A stretch of DNA of 64,000 bases, taken from contig JAYNIM010000008.1 in the NCBI GenBank assembly GCA_038109055.1, positions 30,866-94,865 of the forward strand, written 5' to 3'. Origin of the DNA: a bacterium. Its GTDB lineage: Bacteria > Margulisbacteria > Marinamargulisbacteria > GCA-2716485 > JAYNIM01. Below the pieces are notes generated by a model. It did not search any database. It was not told where the DNA came from and saw only the letters and a program-made list of their open reading frames with translations. The position numbers were made by a program, and so were the translations under genes. Positions within the stretch are counted from its first letter, which is position 1. Every line of letters starts with the position of its first letter. This document shows, piece by piece, positions 59,522 to 64,000 of this stretch.

Positions 59522-61165
59522 GTGAACCAGGTATTCATTAAAATAGTGATCTGCTTTTATCTCTCAACACAGTTGTTAACAGCTGGTAATGATGAAGTCG
59601 CCTTTCAACGCGCTGATCAGTCCTTTTTAAGTGAAGAACGTCAGCAGCAAGCACTTAAACGCCAGTATCAACAGGCTTATGACCTTCCAGCTCCCTTAGA
59701 GTTTAGTCAAAAAGAAGTAAAAATAGAGGCAGAATCATGGAAAGAAATGACCCTTAAAAAGGTACAGGTCGAAGGAGCCAACATGATCTCCAAGCGCCAA
59801 CAGCGCCGCCTGAATGCCGCTTATTTAAACAGAGTCGTCAACGCAAAGGATCTGCAAATGTTACAAAAAGACTACGCAGCAGCAATCATGACAAAAGGCT
59901 ATATCACAACCCGTGTATGGCTGCTATCACAGGATATAACAAAGGGGATATTACGACTAAAGGTCATCCCCGGTCGAATAACACATATCGAGATACGCAA
60001 CAAAAAGGGCTGGGCTTTGTCGCAGTGTTTAGTGATCAAAAAAGGCCAACTCTTGAATATTCGAGATCTCGAAACCTCGCTGGCAAATCTCAATCGCTTA
60101 AGTAGTCAGTCCTATCAGTCACAGTTGATAGCAGACCCAGCCGTTCCTGGTGGAACCATCGTGGTCTTAGAGAATCAGCCCAAACACCCTGTGTCGGGCA
60201 TCGTGTCCTATAGCAATATGAAAAAAAAAGATCTATACCCGGATAATTTACTCTTAAGTATGGATCAGCTATTGGGGCTACAGGAGCAATGGCAGTTATC
60301 TTTGGGTCAAAACACCACAGATGTTACCCAGTATATGTTGTCTGGTCTTACCCTGTCGTTGCCGGTGAAACGCTGGGTATTGGGGCTGGGGTTTCGTAAA
60401 TTCAAACATAGTTATTTACTCAAAAGTATGGGGCAGCGCTATTTTCATTATTTTAATACCTATCAACAGCAGTCGATAGATCTAAACTGGCGCTGCTTTC
60501 ATTGGCCAAAAGCGGCCTTAGATATTAAGGTGGCCTATAAACACAAAGAGCAAACCCGCCATATCGAAAACACTTTTTTGATCCATCAACACCAACGGCT
60601 TGAGATTGCAGAGCTATCGGCCGTTACCCGATTAACACACAGACTGGGAACCTGGCACATAACTCCTTTAATTCGCTGGGGACAGACCCGTTTTCCCTCA
60701 TTGGCCACTGATCAAGAAGCAGAGGCCCAGTTTACAGTTGGGCAGTTAAGCCTTGGATATCAGTATCATCGACGAGTAGGGCGGATACCTCTCGCATTCG
60801 AAGTTCAGTATCAGGGCTTTTATGCCGAAAAAAGCATGCTCGGAACTGAACAATTTTCCTTGGGTGACCAATATAGCCTGCGCGGCTTTGATGGGTTTTT
60901 GCAAGGAGATAAAGGCTATAGTGGAGGCCTGTCACTACGTGCCATATACCATAATTGGTTAACTCCCAAATTATCCCTAGAGGGGGGCAAGGTAAGCAGT
61001 TATGATGAGAACTCACAGACAGGAACAGTGCTGAGTTGGGCGGTCGAAAATCAGATGAGTTGGCAGTATTTATCCGCCACACTAGGCTATAGTCGGGCCC
61101 TAAAGGTGTCGGAGGGTTTGAAAAAGCAGGGGCAGGTATGGGGACAAGTAAAGGTGCAATTTTAA
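59522..61165 (+). CDS. TpsB (ShlB/FhaC/HecB) outer-membrane transporter
   Basis: Signal peptide, POTRA (GYITTRV, LNIRDLE), barrel with SLRGF and a terminal Phe; upstream of a TpsA. Confidence 0.9.
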   Translation: MNQVFIKIVICFYLSTQLLTAGNDEVAFQRADQSFLSEERQQQALKRQYQQAYDLPAPLEFSQKEVKIEAESWKEMTLKKVQVEGANMISKRQQRRLNAAYLNRVVNAKDLQMLQKDYAAAIMTKGYITTRVWLLSQDITKGILRLKVIPGRITHIEIRNKKGWALSQCLVIKKGQLLNIRDLETSLANLNRLSSQSYQSQLIADPAVPGGTIVVLENQPKHPVSGIVSYSNMKKKDLYPDNLLLSMDQLLGLQEQWQLSLGQNTTDVTQYMLSGLTLSLPVKRWVLGLGFRKFKHSYLLKSMGQRYFHYFNTYQQQSIDLNWRCFHWPKAALDIKVAYKHKEQTRHIENTFLIHQHQRLEIAELSAVTRLTHRLGTWHITPLIRWGQTRFPSLATDQEAEAQFTVGQLSLGYQYHRRVGRIPLAFEVQYQGFYAEKSMLGTEQFSLGDQYSLRGFDGFLQGDKGYSGGLSLRAIYHNWLTPKLSLEGGKVSSYDENSQTGTVLSWAVENQMSWQYLSATLGYSRALKVSEGLKKQGQVWGQVKVQF

Positions 61166-61189
61166 GTAAGGTATACACCTTCCAGAAAG

Positions 61190-61219
61190 TTGACACTAAT
61201 AATTCGTATAGAGTAGGCT
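61190..61219 (+). promoter_or_regulatory. Putative sigma70 promoter
   Basis: TTGACA-N18-TAGGCT upstream of ATG 61249 (AGGAG SD). Confidence 0.5.
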
Positions 61220-61248
61220 AAAAAAAATTGGTCTAGGAGCTTAATAAA

Positions 61249-61980
61249 ATGAAAATACTCATAAAATCTATACTTACTTTTTTGATACTAGCTAATACAA
61301 TAAGCGCAGAAGAAGTCAATATTATAACCAATAATGATAAGGCACGAGTTTTTATCAATGAAAAAATGAGAGGGAAAGGCAACGTAACATTAAATTTAAA
61401 ACCCGGATCTTACTATATTAAGGTGAAGGTAGAAGATCGTTTATTATTTTCAGAACTAAAAACAGTGAATAAAGATGAAGTGACAACCATTCTTGCAGCC
61501 AAAAAAAACTATGGGGCAACCTTTCAAAAACAAGAGATTTTAACAAAGGAAAATTGGACAGCAGCATTGATTGGTTCCACTGTAGGGGGCTTATCAATTG
61601 GGAAAAAGTTTAAGAATCAATTCGAAGTACAACCTGTATTTATGAATGGAGGCATCGATTTTTTTGGTGTCAGAGGCTTATATCGATTTGATGCACGTCC
61701 CTACCGTTTTCCTTGGTCAATATTTAGTGGAAATTTACAGGACGGTGTCGCTGTATTTTATGGGGTAGCAGGTATAGGCAGGGGAAGTGATAAATACGTC
61801 ACAGGTTTTACGAATCTCATGGTTGGAGGAGGCGTTGAATATGGTCTGAAAGAGGGCTTATTTACCTCTTTTTTAGAGATTAGTTATACGATCCAAAGTG
61901 GCTATGAGTCAGACTATTACACGAATCTTGAAACAGTGACTGGCATCGGCCTTGGGCTAGGGATAGGCCTAAAATTTTAA
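61249..61980 (+). CDS. Exported PEGA-like domain plus probable small outer-membrane beta-barrel
   Basis: Signal peptide; ARVFINEK.RG...LKPGSYYIKV (PEGA-like); amphipathic beta strands ending GLGIGLKF. Confidence 0.7.
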   Translation: MKILIKSILTFLILANTISAEEVNIITNNDKARVFINEKMRGKGNVTLNLKPGSYYIKVKVEDRLLFSELKTVNKDEVTTILAAKKNYGATFQKQEILTKENWTAALIGSTVGGLSIGKKFKNQFEVQPVFMNGGIDFFGVRGLYRFDARPYRFPWSIFSGNLQDGVAVFYGVAGIGRGSDKYVTGFTNLMVGGGVEYGLKEGLFTSFLEISYTIQSGYESDYYTNLETVTGIGLGLGIGLKF

Positions 61981-62244
61981 GGGGCTAGGCTATTCCTATT
62001 AATTAGCATCAGAACAAAAGATATTTAGCGATAGTAGCGCGATGCGGACATTAAGAAATAGACAGAGAAGGAATTAAGAAAAACAATAGATCCTTTTTTT
62101 ATATTTAAATATATAAGGGCGCTAAATTGTCAGAGGGAAGTACTACCCCCTGCGAAAGGAACGATCGGGCCTGAAAATAAATAAAAATAGCATTGACAGG
62201 TACAGGTAAAAGACAGTAGTGTATATTTAATTCACCTAAATATA

Positions 62245-64000
62245 ATGTTTCAAAAAAAGAAATTTATTCAACGAATTAAAGTACCACTATGCCGCATGTT
62301 GCTGTATGTCATGCTGCTATCCTCTGTCCAAGGGCTAGCAGCCGATATTGTGGTGCAGGATCCTGCTATTTTTGTAGATCAGGCAGCATCGGGCACCGAC
62401 ATCATCTATATCACAGAGCCCAATACAGACCAGCTATCCTATAACGCCTTCAATCGTTTTAATGTTGATGAGAGTGGCGCGGTAATCAATAATTCGGTGA
62501 ACGGTAGTTACAGTCATCTCTTGGGCCAGATGGAGGGGAACCCCTTTTTGCAGGGAAAAGAAGCAAATGCGGTTGTGTTTGATGTCCTAGGGGGGCAGCA
62601 GTCACAGGTAAATGGGCTGATGGAAATGCTTGGGCGTCGTGCCGATTTTATCCTCAGTAATCAGCATGGGATTTCGGTAGATGGCGCTGGGTTTTTGAAT
62701 ATGAGCAAGGTACTGTTAACAACAGGAAGAGCCTTGGACGAAACAAAACGCCGTTATGGAGTGCGACAAGGCGAGCTGCGTATAGGACAGAACGGCCTCT
62801 ATGCGGGTGAGTTAGATCACTTAGATCTGGCTGCACGACGAATTCACATTGAGGGCATGTTGGCGGGTGCAGACACATTACGTGTTATTGCAGGGATGAA
62901 TGAGCTTGAGTTGGCAGGCGCCATACAAACCGTAGACATACACACAACAGCAACTTCACATCCCCAACAAAAACTCGCCATTGATGCCAGTATTTTTGGG
63001 GCAGTGCAAGCAGGGTCTATTTATATCGTTAGCACAGAACATGGCTTGGGGGTCAATATCCAAGCCCCCTTACACGCCACAGAAGGCGAGCTAAAGGTCA
63101 AAAGTGCAGGCGATGTATCGATGAACTCAGCAATAGCAGAGACAAGGATAGAGGTTGAGGCAGACCAGTACCTCCAGCTATCCGGGCAAGGTAACGAGCT
63201 TGCCATCTTAAGTGCAAATCGACTGCAGTTAGAATCAGGCGCTGGGCAAGATAGCCAACAGGTTGTTTTGCAAGCCCAGCATATAGATAGTCACAGTCGG
63301 GGACATATCCATATCGATGAGAGTTTATTGACGGGGGAGACGATCAGCTTGGCAAGTGATGATGGCCTGAAGATCCAACACAGTTTTCTTCAAGCCTCAG
63401 AAGACCTTTCCGCCTTGGCCTTGGATTATATTGAGCTAGATAATAGCTTGCTACACGCCAGACAGCTACAGATAAATAGTCCACGCTTTCTGCAGACAGA
63501 AGGCGAATTAAACAGCCAAACACTGTCATTATCAGGTATCGCAGGCACAGCCTTGCAGCAGCTATCATTTTCAGGTCAGTTGCAAAGTGTAGAGGACCTA
63601 CACCTTGTGGCAGACCAGATGCAACTACAGTCAGGTATCTTGGCCAGTCAAGGCAATATAGACCTACAAGCCATAACCCTTAGTCAACATGCCCTCGTCA
63701 ATGCGGGCGAGGGCCTTACCCTAAAAGCAGAAGATCTGAATAACAGCGGCTTAGTGCAAGCGGGCCAAACCCTAGATTTGGATACCACAGACCTAAACAA
63801 TAGCGGGCTGATTCAAAGTGCGGAAGGGCTCAATTTGGAAACAATCAATTTTGAAAACAGCGGCTTAGTACAAGCAGGGCAATCCCTAGAAATTAACAGC
63901 GACACAGTGGCCAATCAGGGGCAGTTCAGCGCCAACCAGCTTGAACTAGCGGCAAATCATGTCCACAATCAGGGGCAGGTACTGGCCGAACAGATGGGGA
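62245..64000 (+). CDS. TpsA filamentous haemagglutinin/CdiA-like exoprotein (truncated by window edge)
   Basis: Hand translation from ATG 62245: signal peptide, SYNAFNRFNV, GAVINN, GNPFL, FILSNQHGISVDGAGFLN, AIDASIFGAVQAGSI, then about 20-aa L(N/E)NSGL.Q repeats. TTGACA-N18-TAGTGT lies at 62193-62222. Confidence 0.92.
   Translation, partial: MFQKKKFIQRIKVPLCRMLLYVMLLSSVQGLAADIVVQDPAIFVDQAASGTDIIYITEPNTDQLSYNAFNRFNVDESGAVINNSVNGSYSHLLGQMEGNPFLQGKEANAVVFDVLGGQQSQVNGLMEMLGRRADFILSNQHGISVDGAGFLNMSKVLLTTGRALDETKRRYGVRQGELRIGQNGLYAGELDHLDLAARRIHIEGMLAGADTLRVIAGMNELELAGAIQTVDIHTTATSHPQQKLAIDASIFGAVQAGSIYIVSTEHGLGVNIQAPLHATEGELKVKSAGDVSMNSAIAETRIEVEADQYLQLSGQGNELAILSANRLQLESGAGQDSQQVVLQAQHIDSHSRGHIHIDESLLTGETISLASDDGLKIQHSFLQASEDLSALALDYIELDNSLLHARQLQINSPRFLQTEGELNSQTLSLSGIAGTALQQLSFSGQLQSVEDLHLVADQMQLQSGILASQGNIDLQAITLSQHALVNAGEGLTLKAEDLNNSGLVQAGQTLDLDTTDLNNSGLIQSAEGLNLETINFENSGLVQAGQSLEINSDTVANQGQFSANQLELAANHVHNQGQVLAEQMG

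Noticed and set aside
62125..62180. Possible c-di-GMP riboswitch upstream of tpsA (GCGAAAG, GGGCCTG)
   Set aside because: I could not build the P1/P2 pairing or find the GCAAA-type motifs, and it lies upstream of the predicted promoter.

Overview
A gene-dense, AT-rich bacterial chromosomal window with most genes on the minus strand. The housekeeping backbone includes gyrA (partial), gyrB, thiS-like, lepB, a GlmU-like protein, pgi, tRNA-Tyr(GTA), an ABC-2 exporter, holA, purC, nusA-infB-rbfA-nrnA, trxA, smpB, hisE, ribD, eno and gpmI. It also carries an LTA-synthase-family sulfatase, a GT2 and a two-partner secretion locus that runs off the right edge. Firmicute-like housekeeping genes and a PASTA kinase together with outer-membrane TPS suggest a diderm Terrabacterium such as Margulisbacteria; this is inference only. 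Three unexplained loci stand out and may form one system. (1) A tightly packed operon (48668 to 41349) starts with two small paralogous proteins with needle/inner-rod-like C-termini, continues through four orphan helical proteins, and ends in a lone flagellar rod/hook-family gene with divergent terminal helices. (2) A 5141-aa protein has an N-terminal LapG/BTLCP-like cysteine protease domain followed by five degenerate helical modules with hydrophobic segments. (3) A 1602-aa protein fuses a repetitive disordered N-terminus, a SecA-like DEAD ATPase and a Ser/Thr kinase. All three are preceded by a similar sigma28-like element (xCAA-N15/16-xTCG[A/T]T). The working hypothesis is a flagellum-derived, injectisome-like apparatus with giant substrates. 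No export apparatus genes are in this window, and every homology call was made by eye without database searches.
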